From Eledone cirrhosa (Eukaryota): a DNA stretch of 64,000 nt. The position numbers and the translations under genes were made by a program. The notes beneath the pieces are model-generated. The model did no database searches, had not been told where the DNA came from, and saw only the letters and a program-made list of their open reading frames with translations. Shown here one piece after another: positions 30,350-47,000 of this stretch. Numbering within the stretch: the first letter of the stretch is position 1; every line of letters begins with the position of its first letter. The DNA lies in NCBI GenBank assembly GCA_964016885.1, contig OZ024741.1:10850001-10914000 (forward strand), in the 5' to 3' direction.

Positions 30350-33300
30350 TATTATACTTTACACTGTTTACTGTAGATATATTATACTTTACACTGTTTA
30401 CTGTAGATATATTGTACTTTATACTGTTTACTGTAGACATATTGTACTTTACACTGTTTGCTATAGATATATTGTAATTTACACTGTTTACTGTAGATAT
30501 ATTGTACTTTATATTGTTTACTGTAGACATATTGTACTTTATACTGTTTATTGTAGATATATTGTACTTTACACTGTTTACTGTAGATATATTGTACATT
30601 ATACTGTTTACTGTAGACATATTGTACTTTACACTGTTTACTGGAGATACATTGTAGTTTACACTGTTTACAGTAGATATATTGTGCTTTGTACTGTTTA
30701 CTGTAGACATATTGTACTTTACACTGTAGATATATTGTACGTTACATTGTTCACTGTAGATGTATTGTACTTTATACTGTCACTGTAGGTATATTGTACT
30801 TTACACTGTTTACTGTAGATATATTGTACTTTACACTGTTTACTGTAGATATTTTGTACTTTGCACTGTTTACTGTAGATATATCGTATGTTATACTGTT
30901 TACTGTAGATATATTTACTTTATAGTGTTTACTGTAGATATATTGTACTTTATACTGTTTACTGTAGATATATTGTACTTTACACTGTTTACTGTCGATA
31001 TATTGTATGTTATACTGTTTACTGTAGACATATTGTACTTTACACTGTTTACTGTAGATATATTAGTTTACACCGTTTACTGTAGTTATATTGTACTTTG
31101 TACTGTTTACTGTAGACATATTGTACTTTATACTGTTTAGTGTAGATATATTGTACTTTACACTGTTTACTGTTGATATATTGTACTTTATACTGTTTAC
31201 TGTAGACATATTGTACTTTACACTGTTTACTGTAGATATATTGTAGTTTACACTGTTAACTGTAGATATATTGTACTTTACACTGTTTACTGTAGATATA
31301 TTGTACTTTATACTGTTTACTGTAGACATGTTGTACTTTACACTGTTTACTGTAGATATATTATACTTTACACTGTTTACTGTAGATATATTGTACTTTA
31401 CACTGTTTACTGTAGATATATTGTACTTTACACTGTTTACTGCAGATATATTGTAATTTACATTGTTTACTGTAGATGTATTGTACTTTATACTGTTTAC
31501 TGTAGACATATTGTACTTTATACTGTTTACTGTAGATATATTGTACTTTACACTGTTAACTGTAGATATATTGTACTTTATACTGTTTACTGTAGATATA
31601 TTGTACTTTATACTGTTTACTGTAGACATGTTGTACTTTACACTGTTTACTGTAGATATATTATACTTTACACTGTTTACTGTAGATATATTGTACTTTA
31701 CACTGTTTACTGTAGATATATTGTACTTTACACTGTTTACTGCAGATATATTGTAATTTACATTGTTTACTGTAGATGTATTGTACTTTATACTGTTTAC
31801 TGTAGACATATTGTACTTCATACTGTTTACTGTAGACATGTTGTACTTTACACTGTTCACTGTAGATATATTGTACTTTACACTGTTTACCGTAGATACA
31901 TTGTACTTTACACGGTTTACTGAACATATATTGTACTTTACACTGTTTATAGTAGATATATTGTACTTTGCACTATTTACTGTAGATATATTCTACTTTA
32001 CACTGTTCACTCTAGATATATTGTATTTTATACTGTTTACTGTAGATATATTGTACTTTATACTGTTTACTGTAGATATATTGTACTTTATACTGTTTAC
32101 TGTAGATATATTGTACTTTATACTCTTTACTGTAGACATATTGTACTTTATACTGTTTACTGTAGATATATTGTACTTTACACTGTTTACTGTAGATATA
32201 TTGTACTTTACACTGTTTACTGTAGATATATTGTACTTTATACTGTTTACAGTAGATATATTGTACTTTACACTGTTTACTGTAGATATATTGTACTTTA
32301 TACTGTTCACTGTAGATATATTGTACTTTACACTGTAGATATATTGTAATTTACTGTATATATATTGTACTTTACACTGTTTACTGTAGATATATTGTAA
32401 TTTACACTGTTTACTGTAGATATATTGTACTTTTATACTGTTCACTGTAGATATATTGTACTTTACATTGTTTACTGTAGATATATTATACTTTACACTG
32501 TTTACTGTAGATATATTGTACTTTACACTGTTTACTGTAGATATATTGTACTTTATACTGTTTACTGTAGATATATTGTACTTTATACTCTTTACTGTAG
32601 ATATATTGTAGTTTACACTGTTTACTGTAGATATATTGTAGTTACACTGTTCACTGTAGATATATTGTACTTTACACTGTTTACCGTAGATACATTGTAC
32701 TTTACACGGTTTACTGAACATATATTGTACTTTACACTGTTTATAGTAGATATATTGTACTTTACACTATTTACTGTAGATATATTCTACTTTACACTGT
32801 TCACTCTAGATATATTGTATTTTATACTGTTTACTGTAGATATATTGTACTTTATACTGTTTACTGTAGATATATTGTACTTTATACTGTTTACTGTAGA
32901 TATATTGTACTTTATACTATTTACTGTAGACATATTGTACTTTATACTGTTTACTGTAGATATATTGTACTTTACACTGTTTACTGTAGATATATTGTAC
33001 TTTACACTGTTTACTGTAGATATATTGTACTTTATACTGTTTACAGTAGATATATTGTACTTTACACTGTTTACTGTAGATATATTATACTTTACACTGT
33101 TTACTGTAGATATATTATACTTTACACTGTTTACTGTAGATATATTGTACTTTATACTGTTTACTGTAGACATATTGTACTTTACACTGTTTGCTGTAGA
33201 TATATTGTAATTTACACTGTTTACTGTAGATATATTGTACTTTATATTGTTTACTGTAGACATATTGTACTTTATACTGTTTACTGTAGATATATTGTAC

Positions 33301-36300
33301 TTTACACTGTTTACTGTAGATATATTGTACTTTATACTGTTTACTGGAGATACATTGTAGTTTACACTGTTTACTGTAGATATATTGTGCTTTGTACTGT
33401 TTACTGTAGACATATTGTACTTTACACTGTAGATATATTGTACGTTACATTGTTCACTGTAGATGTATTGTACTTTATACTGTCACTGTAGGTATATTGT
33501 ACTTTACACTGTTTTCTGTAGATATATTGTACTTTACACTGTTTACTGTAGATATTTTGTACTTTGCACTGTTTACTGTAGATATATCGTATGTTATACT
33601 GTTTACTGTAGATATATTTACTTTATAGTGTTTACTGTAGATATATTGTACTTTATACTGTTTACTGTAGATATATTGTACTTTACACAGTTTACTGTAG
33701 ATATATTGTGCGTTACACTGTTCACTGTAGATATATTGTACTTTAATCTGTTTACAGTAGATACATTGTACTTTACACGGTTTACTGTACATATATTGTA
33801 CTTTACACTGTTTATAGTAGATATATTGTACTTTACACTATTTACTGTAGATATATTCTACTTTACACTGTTCACTGTAGATATATTGTACTTTACACTG
33901 TTTACAGTAGATATTTTGTACTTTACACTGTTTACTGTAGATATATTGTATTTTATACTGTTTACTGTAGATATATTGTACTTTATACTTCTTACTGTAG
34001 ATATATTGTACTTTATACTGTTCACTGTAGATATATTGTACTTTACACTGTAGATATATTGTAATTTACTGTAGATATATTGTACTTTACACTGTTTACT
34101 GTAGATATATTGTAATTGACACTGTTTACTGTAGATATATTGTACTTTTATACTGTTTATTGTAGATATATTGTACTTTACACTGTTTATTGTAGATATA
34201 TTGTAATTTACACTGTTTACTGTAGATATATTGTACTTTTATACTGTTCACTGTAGATATATTGTACTTTACATTGTTTACTGTAGATATATTATACTTT
34301 ACACTGTTTACTGTAGATATATTGTACTTTACACTGTTTACTGTAGATATATTGTACTTTATACTGTTTACTGTAGATATATTGTACTTTATACTGTTTA
34401 CTGTAGATATATTGTAGTTTACACTGTTTACTGTAGATATATTGTAGTTACACTGTTCACTGTAGATATATTGTACTTTACACTGTTTACCGTAGATACA
34501 TTGTACTTTACACGGTTTACTGAACATATATTAGACTTTACACTGTTTATAGTAGATATATTGTACTTTACACTATTTACTGTAGATATATTCTACTTTA
34601 CACTGTTCACTCTAGATATATTGTATTTTATACTGTTTACTGTAGATATATTGTACTTTATACTGTTTACTGTAGATATATTGTACTTTATACTGTTTAC
34701 TGTAGATATATTGTACTTTATACTATTTACTGTAGACATATTGTACTTTATACTGTTTACTGTAGATATATTGTACTTTACACTGTTTACTGTAGATATA
34801 TTGTACTTTACACTGTTTACTGTAGATATATTGTACTTTATACTGTTTACAGTAGATATATTGTACTTTACACTGTTTACTGTAGATATATTATACTTTA
34901 CACTGTTTACTATAGATATATTATACTTTACACTGTTTACTGTAGATATATTGTACTTTATACTGTTTACTGTAGACATATTGTACTTTACACTGTTTGC
35001 GGTAGATATATTGTAATTTACACTGTTTACTGTAGATATATTGTACTTTATATTGTTTACTGTAGACATATTTTACTTTATACTGTTTACTGTAGATATA
35101 TTGTACTTTACACTGTTTACTGTAGATATATTGTACTTTATATTGTTTACTGTAGACATATTGTACTTTACACTGTTTACTGGAGATACATTGTAGTTTA
35201 CACTGTTTACTGTAGATATATTGTGCTTTGTACTGTTTACTGTAGACATATTGTACTTTACACTGTAGATATATTGTACGTTACATTGTTTACTGTAGAT
35301 GTATTGTACTTTATACTGTCACTGTAGGTATATTGTACTTTACACTGTTTACTGTAGATATATTGTACTTTACACTGTTTACTGTAGATATTTTGTACTT
35401 TGCACTGTTTACTGTAGATATATCGTATGTTATACTGTTTACTGTAGATATATTTACTTTATAGTGTTTACTGTAGATATATTGTACTTTATACTGTTTA
35501 CTGTAGATATATTGTACTTTACACAGTTTACTGTAGATATATTGTACGTTACACTGTTCACTGTAGATATATTGTACTTTAATCTGTTTACAGTAGATAC
35601 ATTGTACTTTACACGGTTTACTGTACATATATTGTACTTTACACTGTTTATAGTAGATATATTGTACTTTACACTATTTACTGTAGATATATTCTACTTT
35701 ACACTGTTCACTGTAGATATATTGTACTTTACACTGTTTACAGTAGATATTTTGTACTTTACACTGTTTACTGTAGATATATTGTATTTTATACTGTTTA
35801 CTGTAGATATATTGTACTTTATACTGTTTACTGTAGATATATTGTACTTTATACTGTTTTCTGTAGACATATTGTACTTTATACTGTTTACTGTAGATAT
35901 ATTGTACATTACACTGTTTACTGTAGATATATTGTACTTTACACTGTTTACTGTAGATATATTGTACTTTACACTGTTTTCTGTAGATATATTATATTTT
36001 ACACTGTTTACTGTAGATATATTGTACTTTATACTGTTTACTGTAGACATATTGTACTTTACACTGTTTACTGTAGATATATTATAGTTTACACTGTTTA
36101 CTGTAGATATATTATACTTTATATTGTTTACTGTAGACATATTGTACTTTATACTGTTTACTATAGATACATTGTACTTTACACTGTTTACTGTAGATAT
36201 ATTGTACTTTATACTGTTTACTGTAGACATATTGTACTTTATACTGTTTACTGTAAATATATTGTACTTTACACTGTTTACTGTAGATATATTGTACTTT

Positions 36301-39300
36301 ATACTGTTTACTGTAAACATATTGTACTTTACACTGTTTACTGGAGATACATTGTAGTTTACACTGTTTACTGTAGATATATTGTACTTTTATACTGTTC
36401 ACTGTAGATATATTGTACTTTACATTGTTTACTGTAGATATATTATACTTTACACTGTTTACTGTAGATATATTGTACTTTACACGGTTTACTGTAGATA
36501 TATTGTACTTTATGCTGTTTACTGTAGATATATTGTACTTTATACTGTTTACTGTAGATATATTGTAGTTTACACTGTTTACTGTAGATATATTGTAGTT
36601 ACACTGTTCACTGTAGATATATTGTACTTTACACTGTTTACCGTAGATACATTGTACTTTACACGGTTTACTGAACATATATTGTACTTTACACTGTTTA
36701 TAGTAGATATATTATACTTTACACTGTTTACTGTAGATATATTGTACTTTATACTGTTTACTGTAGACATATTGTACTTTACACTGTTTGCTGTAGATAT
36801 ATTGTAATTTACACTGTTTACTGTAGATATATTGTACTTTATATTGTTTACTGTAGACATATTGTACTTTATACTGTTTATTGTAGATATATTGTACTTT
36901 ACACTGTTTACTGTAGATATATTGTACTTTATACTGTTTACTGTAGACATATTGTACTTTACACTGTTTACTGGAGATACATTGTAGTTTACACTGTTTA
37001 CAGTAGATATATTGTGCTTTGTACTGTTTACTGTAGACATATTGTACTTTACACTGTAGATATATTGTACGTTACATTGTTCACTGTAGATGTATTGTAC
37101 TTTATACTGTCACTGTAGGTATATTGTACTTTACACTGTTTACTGTAGATATATTGTACTTTACAATGTTTACTGTAGATATTTTGTACTTTGCACTGTT
37201 TACTGTAGATATATCGTATGTTATACTGTTTACTGTAGATATATTTACTTTATAGTGTTTACTGTAGATATATTGTACTTTATACTGTTTACTGTAGATA
37301 TATTGTACTTTACACTGTTTACTGTCGATATATAGTATGTTATACTGTTTACTGTAGACATATTGTACTTTACACTGTTTACTGTAGATATATTAGTTTA
37401 CACCGTTTACTGTAGTTATATTGTACTTTGTACTGTTTACTGTAGACATATTGTACTTTATACTGTTTAGTGTAGATATATTGTACTTTACACTGTTTAC
37501 TGTTGATATATTGTACTTTATACTGTTTACTGTAGACATATTGTACTTTACACTGTTTACTGTAGATATATTGTAGTTTACACTGTTAACTGTAGATATA
37601 TTGTACTTTACACTGTTTACTGTAGATATATTGTACTTTATACTGTTTACTGTAGACATGTTGTACTTTACACTGTTTACTGTAGATATATTATACTTTA
37701 CACTGTTTACTGTAGATATATTGTACTTTACACTGTTTACTGTAGATATATTGTACTTTACACTGTTTACTGCAGATATATTGTAATTTACATTGTTTAC
37801 TGTAGATGTATTGTACTTTATACTGTTTACTGTAGACATATTGTACTTTATACTGTTTACTGTAGATATATTGTACTTTACACTGTTAACTGTAGATATA
37901 TTGTACTTTATACTGTTTACTGTAGATATATTGTACTTTATACTGTTTACTGTAGACATGTTGTACTTTACACTGTTTACTGTAGATATATTATACTTTA
38001 CACTGTTTACTGTAGATATATTGTACTTTACACTGTTTACTGTAGATATATTGTACTTTACACTGTTTACTGCAGATATATTGTAATTTACATTGTTTAC
38101 TGTAGTTGTATTGTACTTTATACTGTTTACTGTAGACATATTGTACTTTATACTGTTTACTGTAGACATGTTGTACTTTACACTGTTCACTGTAGATATA
38201 TTGTACTTTACACTGTTTACCGTAGATACATTGTACTTTACACGGTTTACTGAACATATATTGTACTTTACACTGTTTATAGTAGATATATTGTACTTTA
38301 CACTATTTACTGTAGATATATTCTACTTTACACTGTTCACTCTAGATATATTGTATTTTATACTGTTTACTGTAGATATATTGTACTTTATACTGTTTAC
38401 TGTAGATATATTGTACTTTATACTGTTTACTGTAGATATATTGTACTTTATACTCTTTACTGTAGACATATTGTACTTTATACTGTTTACTGTAGATATA
38501 TTGTACTTTACACTGTTTACTGTAGATATATTGTACTTTACACTGTTTACTGTAGATATATTGTACTTTATACTGTTTACAGTAGATATATTGTACTTTA
38601 CACTGTTTACTGTAGATATATTGTACTTTATACTGTTCACTGTAGATATATTGTACTTTACACTGTAGATATATTGTAAATTACTGTAGATATATTGTAC
38701 TTTACACTGTTTACTGTAGATATATTGTAATTTACACTGTTTACTGTAGATATATTGTACTTTTATACTGTTCACTGTAGATATATTGTACTTTACATTG
38801 TTTACAGTAGATATATTATACTTTACACTGTTTACTGTAGATATGTTGTACTTTACACTGTTTACTGTAGATATATTGTACTTTATACTGTTTACTGTAG
38901 ATATATTGTACTTTATACTCTTTACTGTAGATATATTGTAGTTTACACTGTTTACTGTAGATATATTGTAGTTACACTGTTCACTGTAGATATATTGTAC
39001 TTTACACTGTTTACCGTAGATACATTGTACTTTACACGGTTTACTGAACATATATTGTACTTTACACTGTTTATAGTAGATATATTGTACTTTACACTAT
39101 TTACTGTAGATATATTCTACTTTACACTGTTCACTCTAGATATATTGTATTTTATACTGTTTACTGTAGATATATTGTACTTTATACTGTTTACTGTAGA
39201 TATATTGTACTTTATACTGTTTACTGTAGATATATTGTACTTTATACTATTTACTGTAGACATATTGTACTTTATACTGTTTACTGTAGATATATTGTAC

Positions 39301-42300
39301 TTTACACTGTTTACTGTAGATATATTGTACTTTACACTGTTTACTGTAGATATATTGTACTTTATACTGTTTACAGTAGATATATTGTACTTTACACTGT
39401 TTACTGTAGATATATTATACTTTACACTGTTTACTGTAGATATATTATACTTTACACTGTTTACTGTAGATATATTGTACTTTATACTGTTTACTGTAGA
39501 CATATTGTACTTTACACTGTTTTCTGTAGATATATTGTAATTTACACTGTTTACTGTAGATATATTGTACTTTATATTGTTTACTGTAGACATATTGTAC
39601 TTTATACTGTTTACTGTAGATATATTGTACTTTACACTGTTTACTGTAGATATATTGTACTTTATACTGTTTACTGTAGACATATTGTACTTTACACTGT
39701 TTACTGGAGATACATTGTAGTTTACACTGTTTACTGTAGATATATTGTGCTTTGTACTGTTTACTGTAGACATATTGTACTTTACACTGTAGATATATTG
39801 TACGTTACATTGTTCACTGTAGATGTATTGTACTTTATACTGTCACTGTAGGTATATTGTACTTTACACTGTTTTCTGTAGATATATTGTACTTTACACT
39901 GTTTACTGTAGATATTTTGTACTTTGCACTGTTTACTGTAGATATATCGTATGTTATACTGTTTACTGTAGATATATTTACTTTATAGTGTTTACTGTAG
40001 ATATATTGTACTTTATACTGTTTACTGTAGATATATTGTACTTTACACAGTTTACTGTAGATATATTGTGCGTTACACTGTTCACTGTAGATATATTGTA
40101 CTTTAATCTGTTTACAGTAGATACATTGTACTTTACACGGTTTACTGTACATATATTGTACTTTACACTGTTTATAGTAGATATATTGTACTTTACACTA
40201 TTTACTGTAGATATATTCTACTTTACACTGTTCACTGTAGATATATTGTACTTTACACTGTTTACAGTAGATATTTTGTACTTTACACTGTTTACTGTAG
40301 ATATATTGTATTTTATACTGTTTACTGTAGATATATTGTACTTTATACTTCTTACTGTAGATATATTGTACTTTATACTGTTCACTGTAGATATATTGTA
40401 CTTTACACTGTAGATATATTGTAATTTACTGTAGATATATTGTACTTTACACTGTTTACTGTAGATATATTGTAATTTACACTGTTTACTGTAGATATAT
40501 TGTACTTTTATACTGTTTATTGTAGATATATTGTACTTTACACTGTTTATTGTAGATATATTGTAATTTACACTGTTTACTGTAGATATATTGTACTTTT
40601 ATACTGTTCACTGTAGATATATTGTACTTTACATTGTTTACTGTAGATATATTATACTTTACACTGTTTACTGTAGATATATTGTACTTTACACTGTTTA
40701 CTGTAGATATATTGTACTTTATACTGTTTACTGTAGATATATTGTACTTTATACTGTTTACTGTAGATATATTGTAGTTTACACTGTTTACTGTAGATAT
40801 ATTGTAGTTACACTGTTCACTGTAGATATATTGTACTTTACACTGTTTACCGTAGATACATTGTACTTTACACGGTTTACTGAACATATATTGTACTTTA
40901 CACTGTTTATAGTAGATATATTGTACTTTACACTATTTACTGTAGATATATTCTACTTTACACTGTTCACTCTAGATATATTGTATTTTATACTGTTTAC
41001 TGTAGATATATTGTACTTTATACTGTTTACTGTAGATATATTGTACTTTATACTGTTTACTGTAGATATATTGTACTTTATACTATTTACTGTAGACATA
41101 TTGTACTTTATACTGTTTACTGTAGATATATTGTACTTTACACTGTTTACTGTAGATATATTGTACTTTACACTGTTTACTGTAGATATATTGTACTTTA
41201 TACTGTTTACTGTAGATATATTATACTTTACACTGTTTACTGTAGATATATTATACTTTACACTGTTTACTGTAGATATATTGTACTTTATACTGTTTAC
41301 TGTAGACATATTGTACTTTACACTGTTTGCGGTAGATATATTGTAATTTACACTGTTTACTGTAGATATATTGTACTTTATATTGTTTACTGTAGACATA
41401 TTTTACTTTATACTGTTTACTGTAGATATATTGTACTTTACACTGTTTACTGTAGATATATTGTACTTTATACTGTTTACTGTAGACATATTGGACTTTA
41501 CACTGTTTACTGGAGATACATTGTAGTTTACACTGTTTACTGTAGATATATTGTGCTTTGTACTGTTTACTGTAGACATATTGTACTTTACACTGTAGAT
41601 ATATTGTACGTTACATTGTTCACTGTAGATGTATTGTACTTTATACTGTCACTGTAGGTATATTGTACTTTACACTGTTTACTGTAGATATATTGTACTT
41701 TACACTGTTTACTGTAGATATTTTGTACTTTGCACTGTTTACTGTAGATATATCGTATGTTATACTGTTTACTGTAGATATATTTACTTTATAGTGTTTA
41801 CTGTAGATATATTGTACTTTATACTGTTTACTGTAGATATATTGTACTTTACACAGTTTACTGTAGATATATTGTACGTTACACTGTTCACTGTAGATAT
41901 ATTGTACTTTAATCTGTTTACAGTAGATACATTGTACTTTACACGGTTTACTGTACATATATTGTACTTTACACTGTTTATAGTAGATATATTGTACTTT
42001 ACACTATTTACTGTAGATATATTCTACTTTACACTGTTCACTGTAGATACATTGTACTTTACACTGTTTACAGTAGATATTTTGTACTTTACACTGTTTA
42101 CTGTAGATATATTGTATTTTATACTGTTTACTGTAGATATATTGTACTTTATACTGTTTACTTTAGATATATTGTACTTTATACTGTTTTCTGTAGACAT
42201 ATTGTACTTTATACTGTTTACTGTAGATATATTGTACATTACACTGTTTACTGTAGATATATTGTACTTTACACTGTTTACTGTAGATATATTGTACTTT

Positions 42301-42400
42301 ACACTGTTTTCTGTAGATATATTATATTTTACACTGTTTACTGTAGATATATTGTACTTTATACTGTTTACTGTAGATATATTGTACTTTACACTGTTTA
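30350..42400. repeat. Tandem ~6.33-6.36-kb duplication (about 30.4-36.0 kb vs about 36.7-42.4 kb)
   Basis: ORF offsets are +6,330 (30760/37090, 31063/37393, 32425/38755, 35299/41629) and +6,360 (33463/39823, 34231/40591). The offset changes by whole monomers. Confidence 0.85.
31250..31850. repeat. 300-bp (10-monomer) local tandem duplication, also present at ~37580-38180 and ~47190-47790
   Basis: The variant series GTTAAC, GACATG, TTATAC, TGCAGA, GATGTA repeats at +300 (TGCAGAT at 31441 and 31741). Confidence 0.88.
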
Positions 42401-44000
42401 CTGTAGATATATTGTAGTTTACACTGTTTACTGTAGATATATTGTACTTTATACTGTTTACTGTAGATATATTGTACTTTACACTGTTTACTGTAGATAT
42501 ATTGTACTCTATACGGTTTACTGTAGACATATTGTACTTTATACTGTTTACTGTAGATATATTGTACTTTATACTGTAGATATATTGTACGTTACATTGT
42601 TCACTGTAGGTATATTGTACGTTACATTGTTCACTGTAGATGTATTGTACTTTATTCTGTCACTGTAGGTGTAATGTACTTTACACTGTTTACTGTAGAT
42701 ATATTGTACTTTACACTGTTTACTGTAGATATTTTGTACTTTACACTGTTTACTGTAGATATATTGTATGTTATACTGTTTACTGTAGACATATTGTACT
42801 TTACACTGTTTACTTAAGATATATTGTAGTTTACACTGTTTACTGTAGATATATTGTACTTTGTACTGTTTACTGTAGACATATTGTATTTTATACTGTT
42901 TACTGTAGATATATTGTACTTTATACTGTTTACTGTAGATATATTATAGTTTACATTGTTCACTGTAGATATATTGTACTTTACACTGTTTACTGTAGAT
43001 ACATTGTACTTTACACGGTTTACTGTACATATATTGTACTTTAAACTGTTTATAGTAGATATATTGTACTTTACACTATTTACTGTAGATATATTCTACT
43101 TTACACTGTTCACTGTAGATATATTTTACTTTGAACTGTTTACAGTAGATATATTGTACTTTACACTGTTTACTGTAGATATATTGTATTTTATACTGTT
43201 TACTGTAGATATTATGTACTTTATACTGTTTACTGTAGATATATTGTACTTTATACTATTTACTGTAGACATATTGTACTTTATACTGTTTACTGTAGAT
43301 ATATTGTACTTTACACTGTTTACTGTAGATATATTGTACTTTATACTGTTTACAGTAGATATATTGTACTTTACACTGTTTACTGTAGATATATTATACT
43401 TTACACTGTTTACTGTAGATATATTGGACTCTACACTGTTTACAGTAGATATATTATACTTTACACTGTTTACTGTAGACATATTGTACTTTATACCGTT
43501 TACTGTAGACATATTGTACTTTACACTGTTTACTGTAGATATATTGTAGTTTACACTGTTTACTGTAGATATATTATAGTTTACACTGTTTACTGTAGAT
43601 ATATTGTACTTTATATTGTTTACTGTAGACATATTGTACTTTATACTGTTTACTATAGATACATTGTACTTTACACTGTTTACTGTAGATATATTGTACT
43701 TTATACTGTTTACTGTAGACATATTGTACTTTTTACTGTTTACTGTAAATATATTGTACTTTACACTCTTTACTGTAGATATATTGTACTTTATACTGTT
43801 TACTGTGGACATATTGTACTTTACACTGTTTACTGGAGATACATTGTAGTTTACACTGTTTACTGTAGATATATTGTACTTTTATACTGTTCACTGTAGA
43901 TATATTGTACTTTACATTGTTTACTGTAGATATATTATACTTTACACTGTTTACTGTAGATATATTGTACTTTACACTGTTTACTGTAGATATATTGTAC
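34400..44000. repeat. Higher-order segmental duplication, copy 1 (offset 9,613 bp)
   Basis: ORF offsets of +9,613: 34593/44206, 35299/44912, 37090/46703, 39823/49436, 41629/51242, 42956/52569, 43874/53487. Shared variants include TGCGGTAG, GTAAATTACTG, TTGGACTTT and GTGGACAT. Boundaries are approximate. Confidence 0.9.
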
Positions 44001-44009
44001 TTTATACTT

Positions 44010-47000
44010 TTTACTGTAGATATATTGTAGTTTACACTGTTTACTGTAGATATATTGTAGTTACACTGTTCACTGTAGATATATTGTACTTTACACTGTT
44101 TACCGTAGATACATTGTACTTTACACGGTTTACTGAACATATATTGTACTTTACACTGTTTATAGTAGATATATTGTACTTTACACTATTTACTGTAGAT
44201 ATATTCTACTTTGCACTGTTCACTCTAGATATATTGTATTTTATACTGTTTACTGTAGATATATTGTACTTTATACTGTTTACTGTAGATATATTGTACT
44301 TTATACTGTTTACTGTAGATATATTGTACTTTATACTGTTTACTGTAGACATATTGTACTTTATACTGTTTACTGTAGATATATTGTACTTTACACTGTT
44401 TACTGTAGATATATTGTACTTTACACTGTTTACTGTAGATATATTGTACTTTATACTGTTTACAGTAGATATATTGTACTTTACACTGTTTACTGTAGAT
44501 ATATTATACTTTACACTGTTTACTATAGATATATTATACTTTACACTGTTTACTGTAGATATATTGTACTTTATACTGTTTACTGTAGACATATTGTACT
44601 TTACACTGTTTGCGGTAGATATATTGTAATTTACACTGTTTACTGTAGATATATTGTACTTTATATTGTTTACTGTAGACATATTTTACTTTATACTGTT
44701 TACTGTAGATATATTGTACTTTACACTGTTTACTGTAGATATATTGTACTTTATACTGTTTACTGTAGACATATTGTACTTTACACTGTTTACTGGAGAT
44801 ACATTGTAGTTTACACTGTTTACTGTAGATATATTGTGCTTTGTACTGTTTACTGTAGACATATTGTACTTTACACTGTAGATATATTGTACGTTACATT
44901 GTTTACTGTAGATGTATTGTACTTTATACTGTCACTGTAGGTATATTGTACTTTACACTGTTTACTGTAGATATATTGTACTTTACACTGTTTACTGTAG
45001 ATATTTTGTACTTTGCACTGTTTACTGTAGATATATCGTATGCTATACTGTTTACTGTAGATATATTTACTTTATAGTGTTTACTGTAGATATATTGTAC
45101 TTTATACTGTTTACTGTAGATAATTTGTACTTTACACAGTTTACTGTAGATATATTGTACGTTACACTGTTCACTGTAGATATATTGTACTTTAATCTGT
45201 TTACAGTAGATACATTGTACTTTACACGGTTTACTGTACATATATTGTACTTTACACTGTTTATAGTAGATATATTGTACTTTACACTATTTACTGTAGA
45301 TATATTCTACTTTACACTGTTCACTGTAGATATATTGTACTTTACACTGTTTACAGTAGATATTTTGTACTTTACACTGTTTACTGTAGATATATTGTAT
45401 TTTATACTGTTTACTGTAGATATATTGTACTTTATACTGTTTACTGTAGATATATTGTACTTTATACTGTTTTCTGTAGACATATTGTACTTTATACTGT
45501 TTACTGTAGATATATTGTACATTACACTGTTTACTGTAGATATATTGTACTTTACACTGTTTACTGTAGATATATTGTACTTTACACTGTTTTCTGTAGA
45601 TATATTATATTTTACACTGTTTACTGTAGATATATTGTACTTTATACTGTTTACTGTAGACATATTGTACTTTACACTGTTTACTGTAGATATATTATAG
45701 TTTACACTGTTTACTGTAGATATATTATACTTTATATTGTTTACTGTAGACATATTGTACTTTATACTGTTTACTATAGATACATTGTACTTTACACTGT
45801 TTACTGTAGATATATTGTACTTTATACTGTTTACTGTAGACATATTGTACTTTATACTGTTTACTGTAAATATATTGTACTTTACACTGTTTACTGTAGA
45901 TATATTGTACTTTATACTGTTTACTGTAAACATATTGTACTTTACACTGTTTACTGGAGATACATTGTAGTTTACACTGTTTACTGTAGATATATTGTAC
46001 TTTTATACTGTTCACTGTAGATATATTGTACTTTACATTGTTTACTGTAGATATATTATACTTTACACTGTTTACTGTAGATATATTGTACTTTACACGG
46101 TTTACTGTAGATATATTGTACTTTATGCTGTTTACTGTAGATATATTGTACTTTATACTGTTTACTGTAGATATATTGTAGTTTACACTGTTTACTGTAG
46201 ATATATTGTAGTTACACTGTTCACTGTAGATATATTGTACTTTACACTGTTTACCGTAGATACATTGTACTTTACACGGTTTACTGAACATATATTGTAC
46301 TTTACACTGTTTATAGTAGATATATTATACTTTACACTGTTTACTGTAGATATATTGTACTTTATACTGTTTACTGTAGACATATTGTACTTTACACTGT
46401 TTGCTGTAGATATATTGTAATTTACACTGTTTACTGTAGATATATTGTACTTTATATTGTTTACTGTAGACATATTGTACTTTATACTGTTTATTGTAGA
46501 TATATTGTACTTTACACTGTTTACTGTAGATATATTGTACTTTATACTGTTTACTGTAGACATATTGTACTTTACACTGTTTACTGGAGATACATTGTAG
46601 TTTACACTGTTTACAGTAGATATATTGTGCTTTGTACTGTTTACTGTAGACATATTGTACTTTACACTGTAGATATATTGTACGTTACATTGTTCAATGT
46701 AGATGTATTGTACTTTATACTGTCACTGTAGGTATATTGTACTTTACACTGTTTACTGTAGATATATTGTACTTTACAATGTTTACTGTAGATATTTTGT
46801 ACTTTGCACTGTTTACTGTAGATATATCGTATGTTATACTGTTTACTGTAGATATATTTACTTTATAGTGTTTACTGTAGATATATTGTACTTTATACTG
46901 TTTACTGTAGATATATTGTACTTTACACTGTTTACTGTCGATATATTGTATGTTATACTGTTTACTGTAGACATATTGTACTTTACACTGTTTACTGTAG